Below, in pieces: positions 1 through 7,837 of a DNA stretch of 53,095 bases. The position numbers and the translations under genes were made by a program. The stretch covers positions 1 through 53,095 of the forward strand of contig CAZTZK010000024.1 in the NCBI GenBank assembly GCA_964618065.1, written 5' to 3'. The DNA comes from an uncultured Candidatus Saccharibacteria bacterium. Lineage in GTDB: Bacteria; Patescibacteriota; Minisyncoccia; CAIUEV01; JAHKAQ01. Every line of letters begins with the position of its first letter. Within the stretch, counting starts at the first letter, position 1. The notes under the pieces were generated by a model, which had not been told where the DNA came from, made no database searches, and worked only from the letters and a program-made list of their open reading frames with translations.

Positions 1-195
1 CCTACGGATGAGCAGAGAATTTTTTTTAGTAACTTAAGTGAGCTAGGAGTTACGCCTGAGGATATCTACCAGGCGAACAGGGACCCGGAATCTTTATTAA
101 AAGTTGGAAAGAAGATTTGCGGGTTGGAATCTTCTTCTATTTCCATAGAAGAAGATTCGGGGGAGATCAAGATAGGAGATCTCCATTCCTTGTAA
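1..195 (+). CDS. C-terminal fragment of an unidentified protein (gene starts left of the window)
   Basis: Frame 1 is open from base 1 to TAA 193-195 (...GVTPEDIYQANRDPESLLKVGKKICGLESSSISIEEDSGEIKIGDLHSL*). A hairpin terminator follows. No family recognised. Confidence 0.35.
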   Translation, partial: PTDEQRIFFSNLSELGVTPEDIYQANRDPESLLKVGKKICGLESSSISIEEDSGEIKIGDLHSL

Positions 196-211
196 TATAA
201 ATTTTATAATT

Positions 212-250
212 AAAGCTCTTTTATCAATTTCTGGTAAAAGAGCTTTTTAA
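212..250 (+). terminator. Rho-independent terminator
   Basis: AAAGCTCTTTTA (212-223) pairs perfectly with TAAAAGAGCTTT (235-246) around an 11-nt loop, and the stem runs into a T tract (244-248). Confidence 0.6.
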
Positions 251-265
251 ATATCGGCTAATCTC

Positions 266-293
266 TTTACATTTTTAAAGAATATATTATTAT
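266..293 (+). promoter_or_regulatory. Putative sigma70-type promoter of hsp20
   Basis: TTTACA (266-271), 16-nt spacer, TATTAT (288-293), placed just upstream of the CIRCE element. AT-rich context makes the -10 assignment uncertain. Confidence 0.3.
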
Positions 294-303
294 AAAAGTA
301 GAA

Positions 304-330
304 TTGGCACTCTTTAGTCGCGAGTGCTAA
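304..330 (+). promoter_or_regulatory. CIRCE inverted repeat (HrcA operator)
   Basis: TTGGCACTC-N9-GAGTGCTAA against the consensus TTAGCACTC-N9-GAGTGCTAA (1 mismatch, exact 9-nt spacer), 32 nt upstream of the hsp20 start. Confidence 0.8.
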
Positions 331-361
331 AATAAAGAATAATTAATAAAACAAAAAAACC

Positions 362-829
362 ATGGAAAAAATTATTAAAAGAAAAAATGAAGAAAAAAGT
401 CCAACAATCTATCCTTTAAGGGATGCTATTGGCAGGCTTTTTGATGAAAGCGTCTGGCACCCCTTTAGAGACATAGCACCTTATGAAGGTGGTTGGAATT
501 TAGATTTTCCTAAATTAGATATTAAAGAAAATAAAAATTCAGTTAAGGTAACCGCTGATGTTCCAGGTATTGACCCAGAGAATATTAATATTGAGGCAGA
601 AGATGACTATTTAGTTATCAGTGGGACACAAGAGAGGGAGGAAAAGGAAGAAGAGGAGAATATTTATAGAGAAGAGAGAAGTTATGGTGAATTTAGAAGA
701 GAAATTCTTCTTCCGGCATCAGTAGATCCTGATCAGATAAAAGCTAAAATGAAAGATGGAGTTTTAAAAATTGACCTTCCTAAGACTGAGAAATTAAAGT
801 CTAAAAAAGTAAAGATTGAAAAAGAATAA
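362..829 (+). CDS. Hsp20/alpha-crystallin family small heat-shock protein
   Basis: 155 aa. Alpha-crystallin domain pattern ...VKVTADVPGIDPENINIEAEDDYLVISG...ERSYGEFRREILLPASVDPDQIKAKMKDGVLKIDLPK. CIRCE lies upstream. Confidence 0.9.
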   Translation: MEKIIKRKNEEKSPTIYPLRDAIGRLFDESVWHPFRDIAPYEGGWNLDFPKLDIKENKNSVKVTADVPGIDPENINIEAEDDYLVISGTQEREEKEEEENIYREERSYGEFRREILLPASVDPDQIKAKMKDGVLKIDLPKTEKLKSKKVKIEKE

Positions 830-840
830 GATTTTTAAGA

Positions 841-875
841 AAAGTGGGTTTTTAAACCCACTTTTCTTGTTTTTT
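841..875 (+). terminator. Rho-independent terminator after hsp20
   Basis: AAAGTGGGTTT / AAACCCACTTT inverted repeat (841-864) followed by TCTTGTTTTTT. Confidence 0.6.
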
Positions 876-933
876 CTCTCCGCTATTGCTTTTTTTAGAA
901 TAAGAGTCAAAATAGAAATTAGTTTTAAAATAA

Positions 934-1980
934 TTGATTAAAATATTTATGAAATTCAACGCTAATGTTTCTTTTTTCTTATTACTTCTAATCATTGCTG
1001 GAATAGGCTCTTATTTTATCTTCAAGCCTTTTTTGATGGCCATTTTAATGGCAGTCATAGTTTATTTGTTTTTTAGAGGCTGGAATGAATCAATAAAAAG
1101 AGCGCTGGGTGGGCATAAATCCTTAGCTGCCTTACTAAGCTGTCTGATAGTTTTTTTATTTTTTGTTGTTCCTTTAGTAGCAATTACAGTTTTAGTTGTA
1201 ATTGAAGCGGGCCAGTTTTACAAAGTTCTTCAAAGTAGTGACATTCACTCTAAGTTTGATACTGTGACCAATACTTTTTTGGCCTGGCAGTTTTTAGAAG
1301 ATTTTCACTTGAAATCCTTTTTTCAATCAGAAACTTTTTTCAGTTACTTGGAGAATATTGGAAATTTTTTCTTAAGAGCGCTTAGGAGTACTTATCAAAA
1401 TGCTAGTCATTTTTTCTTTGGAATTTTTGTAATGTTTTTCTCTCTTTACTATTTTTTCAAAGATGGAAAAGCTATTTTGAAAAAAATGATTAGTTTAAGT
1501 CCCTTAGAAGCCAGGGAAGACAGGATTCTTTTAAAAAGATTTGCCACTATTTGCAAAGCGACTCTTAAGGGATCTTTATTAGTTGCCATTATTCAAGGAT
1601 TTTTAGTGGGTTTACTTCTTTGGGCAACGGGAGTTTTCTCACCAGTTTTTCTAGGGTTAATAACTATTCCTTTTTGTTTCATTCCTTTTTTTGGGACCGG
1701 TATTATTTGGATACCGGCAGGTTTAATTATGTTAGCTTTAGGAAATATTTGGCAGGGTATTACTATTTTAGTTCTTGGGGCCGTAGTAATTAGTCCAGTT
1801 GATAATATTTTAAAACCTCGTTTAATCGGTAATCAATCTAGTTTACATCCTTTACTGGTTTTCTTTTCTACCTTGGGTGGTATTGCCGCTTTTGGTATTG
1901 CCGGTTTTATAATAGGTCCGGTAATTGTCGCTTTGTTTTTGTCTCTTTTGGAAACTTACAAAATTAAGTTTAATTCTTAG
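934..1980 (+). CDS. AI-2E family (PerM/UPF0118) membrane transporter
   Basis: 348 aa, about 8 hydrophobic helices, C-terminal pattern ...LKGSLLVAIIQGFLVGLLLW...IPFFGTGIIWIPAGLIMLALG... typical of the AI-2E/PerM family. The ORF-track start is TTG 934; ATG 949 (MKFNANV...) is an equally plausible start. Confidence 0.75.
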   Translation: MIKIFMKFNANVSFFLLLLIIAGIGSYFIFKPFLMAILMAVIVYLFFRGWNESIKRALGGHKSLAALLSCLIVFLFFVVPLVAITVLVVIEAGQFYKVLQSSDIHSKFDTVTNTFLAWQFLEDFHLKSFFQSETFFSYLENIGNFFLRALRSTYQNASHFFFGIFVMFFSLYYFFKDGKAILKKMISLSPLEAREDRILLKRFATICKATLKGSLLVAIIQGFLVGLLLWATGVFSPVFLGLITIPFCFIPFFGTGIIWIPAGLIMLALGNIWQGITILVLGAVVISPVDNILKPRLIGNQSSLHPLLVFFSTLGGIAAFGIAGFIIGPVIVALFLSLLETYKIKFNS

Positions 1981-1990
1981 TCCTTAAAAT

Positions 1991-2045
1991 AAAAAAAGAC
2001 TTCCGTTTTGACCAAGTTTGTTAACTTGAACGGAAGTCTTTTAGT
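1991..2045. terminator. Bidirectional hairpin terminator between convergent genes
   Basis: AAAGACTTCCGTT (1995-2007) pairs with AACGGAAGTCTTT (2029-2041). An A run lies on the left and a T run on the right, so it can terminate both strands. Confidence 0.7.
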
Positions 2046-2375
2046 TTATGGTTTCTGTTGTAGCCAGCTTGGTGGCATTATTATCTGCCGAGCTGGATTT
2101 GGGGATCTCCCGTTGAGTATTAAATCTTCAGTGTTTACTCCGAAGATCATCCCTCCACCAGCGTTCCCCCCGAAAGGTTTTCCAAAAGGTCTGCTACCGG
2201 TAAGTATCTGATCTTCAATATTTCCTCCGAAGATCATCCCTCCACCAACGTTTCCCCCGAAAGGACTACTGAAAGATCCTCCGAAAGGATCTAAGCCATA
2301 AGCATTTCCGGCCGCTATTATTATTATGAATCCAACAACCTTAAGCATTCCTATAAGCATTCCTATCTTTTTCAT
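2046..2375 (-). CDS. Small secreted glycine-rich protein with a duplicated 29-aa PFGG...GGGMIFG module
   Basis: 109 aa. N-terminal hydrophobic signal-like segment (MKKIGMLIGMLKVVGFIIIIAAGNAYG). Two tandem copies PFGGNVGGGMIFGGNIEDQILTG / PFGGNAGGGMIFGVNTEDLILNG. The DNA repeat 2138-2177 vs 2225-2264 is 38/40 identical at an 87-nt offset. Strong SD (GGAGGAG, 2380-2386 on the minus strand). Confidence 0.6.
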   Translation of the reverse strand: MKKIGMLIGMLKVVGFIIIIAAGNAYGLDPFGGSFSSPFGGNVGGGMIFGGNIEDQILTGSRPFGKPFGGNAGGGMIFGVNTEDLILNGRSPNPARQIIMPPSWLQQKP

Positions 2376-2416
2376 TTGACTCCTCCTTCTTTTAAAATTA
2401 AGTTTTCGCCCCTTTT

Positions 2417-2860
2417 TTAATATGCATTTGTTATTTTATTGCCAGTGCACACTTCTTTTGTCTCCTCTTGAATAAGTTTACCCTCCTTCCAGTGACGCGT
2501 AGTCACTTTCTTACAATTGGTTTGCTGGTTAACAGGGCCGGGGATGGCTTCAATGGCCTCGCTCTGTTTTTCATTATATATAACCACTCTTTTGTTCTGT
2601 TGAGAGGCCGAAATCACGGCTTCCCGTTCCTGGTCCATTATATTACCAACAGTAGCGCCAACTATAGTGCCAATCGTGGCACCTAACCACATCCCAGCAC
2701 TGTCGTGACCTATCAGTCGTCCGGCAATACCACCTGCTACGGCACCAACACCAGCACCTTGTTGTAACCTGTATCGATGGGGATCATATGCACAGCCCGC
2801 CAACACAGACGCTGTTATCAGTCCAACTATAATCAAAATTCCTATTTTTCTTTTTCTCAT
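2417..2860 (-). CDS. Lipoprotein with a glycine-zipper (17-kDa surface-antigen-like) domain
   Basis: 147 aa. Lipobox ...SVLAGC at the end of the signal peptide. Glycine zipper GAGVGAVAGGIAGRLIGHDSAGMWLGATIGTIVGATVGNIM. Strong SD (AGGAGGAAGG, 2864-2873 on the minus strand). Confidence 0.7.
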   Translation of the reverse strand: MRKRKIGILIIVGLITASVLAGCAYDPHRYRLQQGAGVGAVAGGIAGRLIGHDSAGMWLGATIGTIVGATVGNIMDQEREAVISASQQNKRVVIYNEKQSEAIEAIPGPVNQQTNCKKVTTRHWKEGKLIQEETKEVCTGNKITNAY

Positions 2861-3004
2861 TTTCCTTCCTCCTATTTTAAAGGTTTTTAAAAGAACTAAC
2901 TAACTTTTAATGATAACACATTTTTATCTAAAAGTCAAGTTAATTTTAGAAGCTAAATTTTGATTCGGAGTTTCAATATTTGATGAAATCTGATTTATTT
3001 TTAA

Positions 3005-3040
3005 AATAAAAAACCTTGTTCTTGGTAAAATAAGAACAAG
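3005..3040 (-). terminator. Minus-strand intrinsic terminator-like hairpin
   Basis: CTTGTTCTT (3015-3023) pairs with AAGAACAAG (3032-3040). On the minus strand it is followed by TTTTTTAT (complement of 3006-3013). No annotated minus-strand gene ends here. Confidence 0.45.
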
Positions 3041-3081
3041 AAGTTGAAGTTTTTGGTGGTTTTTTAGAATTAAAAAATAAA

Positions 3082-3126
3082 CCCCGCTTTGAGAAGTTTT
3101 TTAAACAAAACAAAGCGGGGCTTTTT
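3082..3126. terminator. GC-rich bidirectional terminator-like hairpin
   Basis: CCCCGCTTTG (3082-3091) pairs with CAAAGCGGGG (3111-3120) around a 19-nt loop. Followed by CTTTTT on plus and preceded by an A run (a T run on minus). No annotated gene ends here on either strand. Confidence 0.5.
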
Positions 3127-3210
3127 AGGAGGAGAAAATTATGAATTTGCCCAGAGTGCGTCTTCTTATTTCTATAAATTTATAGAAATAAAGTAGAAAA
3201 CAACACTCTG
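3127..3210 (+). other. SD-led 14-codon mini-ORF running into a long hairpin with a 24-nt perfect palindrome
   Basis: AGGAGGAG (3127-3134), 6 nt, ATG 3141 ... TAG 3183-3185 (MNLPRVRLLISINL*). Outer stem CAGAGTG (3152-3158) / CACTCTG (3204-3210). Inner perfect palindrome TATTTCTATAAATTTATAGAAATA (3167-3190). Confidence 0.3.
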
Positions 3211-3387
3211 AGCGGAACCAATTAATCACATACCAAACCAGCATTGCATATTTTTTAAAAAAAGTCAATAGCTGACTAAAAATTTATCTAATTTTAAACA
3301 TTTTTCATTTGAAATAATCCGGGGGAAAGTATAAAATGAAAAAACTGAAGTTTATAAATAATTTCTAATTTTAGCTTTTATTTAGCC

Positions 3388-4407
3388 ATGAAATTTTTTA
3401 TTACTATTTTTGTTTTTTTAATAAGCTCTGTTTTTATTTTAGGCTGTAGCCGTAGCCCGAAAGAATCTTCTGATTACCCGGAAGGCACAGTATCTAAAAT
3501 ATTTTCCAAGGGGAATGGAGAAAATATTTTAACGGAAAAAGATCCTAACGAAGCCACCTTAGTTTCTCTCAATAAAATTAGAGAAATTATAGATGATATG
3601 CAATTATTAATTGGAGAAATAAATGAAATAAGTGTAATTATTAGCTCTTATCAAAGTGAAGAAGCGGATATTGCTGAATTATTAAAAAGCTTACAAGAAA
3701 ATTCAGATCAAGGCTTAGAAGAAGAGAATGAAGTAATAGCAGAAGAGGCAGGAGAAGAGGACGGACCGCAAGAGGAAAATGAGGAAAACAAAGAAGAAGA
3801 GAACGAAAACACTCTTGGTGAAACTGAAAAACGCGATAAAATCATACAAGCTATAGAAAAAAGAGTTAAAGCTATTGAAGAATTCGGTAAAGAAATCAAT
3901 GGCTTAAATAATATTAAAGATGATCAAAAGGGTAAAATAATTGATTTACTTATTGAGAAGAAAGAACTCTTAGCAAAAGAAGAGAACAATTTGGCGCAAA
4001 GTGATCCTGAAGATTTTTCTCAAATTGCTCAGAATATTTCCGATTTAAAAATTTTGGGAGGAGAATTACCTCGTTTTCAGGAGTTAAGTTTAGCTTATCG
4101 GGGGAATTTTTTAATTGAAGGTGAGTTAAATTCTGTTTTTTTAGAAGCTGAAGAAAAAATTGATAATTTTAAAGATAAAGGAGCTGATGTTTCTCAGGCG
4201 GAATTAATTTTGGCTAAAGCACGTCAGGCTTCAATAAACACTAGAAAAATTTTTAGCGACATTCAGTTTTTACTTGAAAAAATTGAATTTTCTAAAGATC
4301 CGGGAGCCAACGAAGTTGTTTCCAGTAGAATTGTAGAATCTTTGGCTTCCGCTGGAGAAAATTTAGGAATAGTAAGGGAAGCTCTCTTTTCTTTAAGCGC
4401 ATTTTAG
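3388..4407 (+). CDS. Lipoprotein, acidic coiled-coil rich, unknown function
   Basis: 339 aa. Signal peptide with lipobox FILGC. Long E/D/N-rich low-complexity stretch (EEENEVIAEEAGEEDGPQEENEENKEEENEN) and helical repeats. No enzymatic motif seen. Confidence 0.55.
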   Translation: MKFFITIFVFLISSVFILGCSRSPKESSDYPEGTVSKIFSKGNGENILTEKDPNEATLVSLNKIREIIDDMQLLIGEINEISVIISSYQSEEADIAELLKSLQENSDQGLEEENEVIAEEAGEEDGPQEENEENKEEENENTLGETEKRDKIIQAIEKRVKAIEEFGKEINGLNNIKDDQKGKIIDLLIEKKELLAKEENNLAQSDPEDFSQIAQNISDLKILGGELPRFQELSLAYRGNFLIEGELNSVFLEAEEKIDNFKDKGADVSQAELILAKARQASINTRKIFSDIQFLLEKIEFSKDPGANEVVSSRIVESLASAGENLGIVREALFSLSAF

Positions 4408-4408
4408 C

Positions 4409-4436
4409 TTGACTCCCTAATTCTATCATATAAGAT
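4409..4436 (+). promoter_or_regulatory. Putative promoter of rplS
   Basis: TTGACT (4409-4414), 16-nt spacer, TAAGAT (4431-4436), 33 nt upstream of the rplS start. Confidence 0.3.
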
Positions 4437-4468
4437 AGCTAAATAGATTATTATTATTTTTCAATTAA

Positions 4469-4828
4469 ATGGATAGAGTAAAAAAAGAAATTCGCCCCGG
4501 AGATCAAGTAAGAGTAGAACGTAGAGTTATTGAAGGAGAGAAAGAGAGAATTCAAATAATAGAAGGGATAGTTATTGCAAGAAAACATGGAAATGAACCT
4601 GGAGCAACTATTACTGTTAGAAAAATTGCTAGTGGGGTAGGAGTAGAATTTGTTTTTCCCCTTAAGTCTCCTCAAATTAAGAAGATAGAAATTGTTAAAA
4701 ACTCTAAAGTAAACCGAGCAAAGCTTTATTATCTTAGGAAAAGATTCGGCAAAGCTAGCCGTATGAAAGAGAGCAAAAATGTTTCTTCTTCAAAAATTTC
4801 TAAAAAAAATCAAACCGAAAAAAAATAA
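4469..4828 (+). CDS. rplS: 50S ribosomal protein L19
   Basis: 119 aa. [68 protein letters not shown] is the canonical L19 core. Confidence 0.95.
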   Translation: MDRVKKEIRPGDQVRVERRVIEGEKERIQIIEGIVIARKHGNEPGATITVRKIASGVGVEFVFPLKSPQIKKIEIVKNSKVNRAKLYYLRKRFGKASRMKESKNVSSSKISKKNQTEKK

Positions 4829-4833
4829 TTTCT

Positions 4834-4919
4834 GCCGTAGTGCTGGAATTTGGTAGACAGGCTAGCTTGAGGGGCTAGTGTCTTTTTTAGACGTGAGGGT
4901 TCAAGTCCCTCCTACGGCA
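4834..4919 (+). tRNA. tRNA-Leu (anticodon GAG), long variable arm, no encoded CCA
   Basis: Acceptor GCCGTAG/CTACGGC. D arm CTG-GAATTTGGTAGA-CAG. Anticodon stem CTAGC/GCTAG with loop TTGAGGG. Variable stem GTCT/AGAC. T arm GAGGG-TTCAAGT-CCCTC. Discriminator A. Confidence 0.9.
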
Positions 4920-5085
4920 CTAAAATTAACTTTATAGCAAAAAATGAATTAAGTTTAAGATTGTATTCCTGCTATTTTAATCTATTCCCCTTTAAAATAA
5001 TTTATTGTGCTTTTTAGACAAATATTTTTTTTGTTTTTTCTAAATATTTTTTTATCGCTAATATATTTTGTTATTTTTGATTAGT

Positions 5086-5114
5086 TTGGGAAATAAATAC
5101 AAGTTTGGTAGAAT
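5086..5114 (+). promoter_or_regulatory. Putative extended -10 promoter of the envelope glycan cluster
   Basis: TTGGGA (5086-5091), 17-nt spacer containing TG (5106-5107), TAGAAT (5109-5114). Only about 20 nt before ATG 5134, implying a very short leader. Confidence 0.35.
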
Positions 5115-5133
5115 AAAGATATTAATTTAAAAA

Positions 5134-6612
5134 ATGCGTAAAATTTTTCCCTATCTACTTTCAATCTTTATAATTTTTGATTTTATTCTAGCGGGTGTAT
5201 TAGGTTGGTTTGGAAATTTTCCTCTAAGCTTTTTATATTTAGGAGTAATTTTTACTCTTTTTATTTTTAATCCTTGCTGGGGCATAATTATTTTAATAGC
5301 CAGTCAAGTTTTGGATACTATTTCTATTTTTGAAATTAGGCTCTATCAATGGGCGGCGGTTTTTTTAATTTTAGCTTTGATTATAAAAGCCTTTTCTGCT
5401 TGGGAAAAATCGCTTAAAGCTTTACTGACTTTTTTCAAAAAAAACTATTTTTTTACTGTTTGTTTGCTTCTTCTTATTCTCGCTAGCTTGTTGGGCTTGC
5501 TTAATTCAAATATTTTTTATTATTCTTTGAAGCAAACAATCGTTTTGGTAAGCTTAATTTCGATCTCTTTTTTAGTTTTTTGGTGGGCCAAGAAAAAGAA
5601 AAGAGGAAGAAAGCAAGTTATTTTAGCTTTTGTTTTATCTTCTATCCCAGTTTCTCTTTTTTCTATTTATCAAAATATAGCTTATGAAAAAGGATGGGAG
5701 AGTTTTACAACAATGGCAGCGAGACCCAATGCTTTTTTCTATGAACCGGATTGGCTAGGTATGTATCTAGTCCTTGTTTTGGTCTTATTAGTCGCTCAAG
5801 CGGTAAAAGAAAAGGATAAAAAAATTAATTTTGGAATTTGGCTTCTCGTACTTTTGAATGTTATTACTCTTATTATTTCAGTTGCCAGGGCCAGTTGGTT
5901 GGCTGCTATTGCCGGAGGATTAATTTTTATCGGTTGGGGGATTTTAGCTTTTCTTCTAAAGAAAATAAAACGAAAAGAATTCCTAAAAGTATTAGTTGTT
6001 TTTACAAATTATTTAATAACATTTGTTGTTGCTCTAATTTTAGTTGGAAGCTTTAAATTGACACGTTTTGATCTAAAAGATCGTTTCCAAAGTATTTATA
6101 AAGGGGAGCATATTATTACAATCGCTCAAAGGGATGATCCTTATGAGAAAGTAAAAATAAACTTGGAAGAAATTAAAAATTATGAACAAAAAGGCTATCA
6201 AATTTACGAAGAGAAAGTCTCAGATGAAAATATTGAGTCACGTTTTGAATCGTATTCTTCTAATTGGGAAATGGTAAAAGAGCACTGGTTGCTAGGACAA
6301 GGACAGGGGGCTACTTTAATTAAACGTAATTTTATTCATAATGCTAATAATATTTTTTATGAATGGTGGATTGCAGGAGGAGTCTTAGGCTTGATCTCCT
6401 TCGTATTTTTGTTAGGGGGAATTTTAAAAGGTCCTTTCTTTAATTATTGGCGTGTTCAAAATCCCTCTTTTAATTTTTTTCTTAATCAAGCTATTTTGCT
6501 TGGAGGAATTTCAGGAATTATAATTACTAATTTATTTAATTCCGGCATATTTTTTGCACCTCTCTGGATTTTTTTAGGGATTGCCTATAGCCTAAGAGAT
6601 CAAAAGAAATAA
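5134..6612 (+). CDS. O-antigen ligase/polymerase-like (Wzy_C family) polytopic membrane protein
   Basis: 492 aa with many hydrophobic helices. The ...SVARASWLAAIAGGLIF... segment and a large soluble loop are typical of the O-antigen ligase-like family. It heads a glycosyltransferase cluster. Confidence 0.65.
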   Translation: MRKIFPYLLSIFIIFDFILAGVLGWFGNFPLSFLYLGVIFTLFIFNPCWGIIILIASQVLDTISIFEIRLYQWAAVFLILALIIKAFSAWEKSLKALLTFFKKNYFFTVCLLLLILASLLGLLNSNIFYYSLKQTIVLVSLISISFLVFWWAKKKKRGRKQVILAFVLSSIPVSLFSIYQNIAYEKGWESFTTMAARPNAFFYEPDWLGMYLVLVLVLLVAQAVKEKDKKINFGIWLLVLLNVITLIISVARASWLAAIAGGLIFIGWGILAFLLKKIKRKEFLKVLVVFTNYLITFVVALILVGSFKLTRFDLKDRFQSIYKGEHIITIAQRDDPYEKVKINLEEIKNYEQKGYQIYEEKVSDENIESRFESYSSNWEMVKEHWLLGQGQGATLIKRNFIHNANNIFYEWWIAGGVLGLISFVFLLGGILKGPFFNYWRVQNPSFNFFLNQAILLGGISGIIITNLFNSGIFFAPLWIFLGIAYSLRDQKK

Positions 6613-6648
6613 AAAAGAAAAAAAGTTTTTCTAAATTAAATAAAAAAA

Positions 6649-7797
6649 ATGAAAATTTTTCTTGATGTCAGAAAAATTGGGAATAAACAAACCGGAGATG
6701 AAACTTACATTACCAATTTGGTAAAAAACTTAATGGAGATTGATAAGGAAAATTTTTATTACCTAGGTACTGATTCCTATGAAAGTGAATTAGCAATAAG
6801 TAATATTTTAGGAAAACTTCCTAAAAATTTTAAATTAGTTTCTCTTACCCCAAAAAGTAAACTTTTTTGGACTAATTATTCTCTAACTCATTTTGTCAGG
6901 AAAAAAAAAATTGATTTAGTCCACGTTCAATATTTATCACCCCTGACTCTTCCTTCAAAGACAAAGTTGATTACTACTATTCACGATGTTTCTTTCAAGA
7001 GGGTAAAAAAATGGATTTCCGGTAAAGATCGTTTTATTTTAAATTATTTTATTCCAAAAAGTTTGAAAAAAGCTGACAAAATTATTAGTATCTCCGAATT
7101 TACTAAGAAAGAAATACTTCATTTTTATAAAAAAATATCTCCCAATAAAATCAAAGTTATCTATAATGGAATTGATGAAAAATTTAAGACTCGGAATAAT
7201 TTTGATAAGCAGTATTTTGAAAGGATTAGAAATAAATACAATATCACCGAGCGTTATCTTTTTCACCTAAGTTCCCTACAACCTCGCAAAAATGTTCCTC
7301 TCCTAATTAAAGCTTATCGGGATTATATCTATAGGTATAAAGACGAAAAAACTCTTTTGATTATTGGAGGAGAAAGAGGCTATAATTTTGATGAGCAAAT
7401 TGATAATTTGTTGAGAGATTTAATTTTAAAAGAGAAAGTTAGAATATTAGGTTATTTAAAAGAAGAAGAACTACCTGCATTTTATGCAATGGCTGAAGCC
7501 TATGTCTCTCCTAGTGCTTATGAAGGCTTTGATTTGCCTCTAGGAGAGGTTATGCAAAGCGGTGTACCTGTTATTGCCTCTAATATACCTTGTCACAGAG
7601 AAGTTTTAGGAAAAGCGGGTGTTTTAGTTAGCCCTGAAAATACCAAATTTTTTTCTCAAGAGATTAATAGAGTTTTAAACGATCAAGTTTTTAGGAAAAA
7701 ACTTGTTGCGGAAGGGTTAAAAAGAGCTAAAAATTTTAGCTGGAAGAAATGTGCCAAAGAAACTCTGGATTTATACCAAGAATGTTTAAAATCTTGA
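6649..7797 (+). CDS. Glycosyltransferase, GT-B fold (family 4/1)
   Basis: 382 aa. C-terminal ...AYVSPSAYEGFDLPLGEVMQSGVPVIASN... (EX7E region) is typical of GT4. Confidence 0.85.
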   Translation: MKIFLDVRKIGNKQTGDETYITNLVKNLMEIDKENFYYLGTDSYESELAISNILGKLPKNFKLVSLTPKSKLFWTNYSLTHFVRKKKIDLVHVQYLSPLTLPSKTKLITTIHDVSFKRVKKWISGKDRFILNYFIPKSLKKADKIISISEFTKKEILHFYKKISPNKIKVIYNGIDEKFKTRNNFDKQYFERIRNKYNITERYLFHLSSLQPRKNVPLLIKAYRDYIYRYKDEKTLLIIGGERGYNFDEQIDNLLRDLILKEKVRILGYLKEEELPAFYAMAEAYVSPSAYEGFDLPLGEVMQSGVPVIASNIPCHREVLGKAGVLVSPENTKFFSQEINRVLNDQVFRKKLVAEGLKRAKNFSWKKCAKETLDLYQECLKS

Positions 7798-7837
7798 ATT
7801 TCTTTTGAGAAAATATTTAAACAGAAAAATTTATTCT

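Noticed and set aside
3336-3368. Second mini-ORF (MKKLKFINNF) upstream of the 3388 lipoprotein gene
   Set aside because: It has no SD, is very short and is AT-rich. It cannot be told apart from chance ORFs in this composition.
6901-6910. A10 homopolymer inside the GT4 gene as a slipped-strand phase-variation switch
   Set aside because: A8-A9 runs also occur inside core genes (ctpA near 10763-10771, rsmH near 24559-24567). Long A tracts therefore look like a compositional feature encoding Lys runs rather than a specific contingency locus. Read-level length heterogeneity would be needed to revive the idea.
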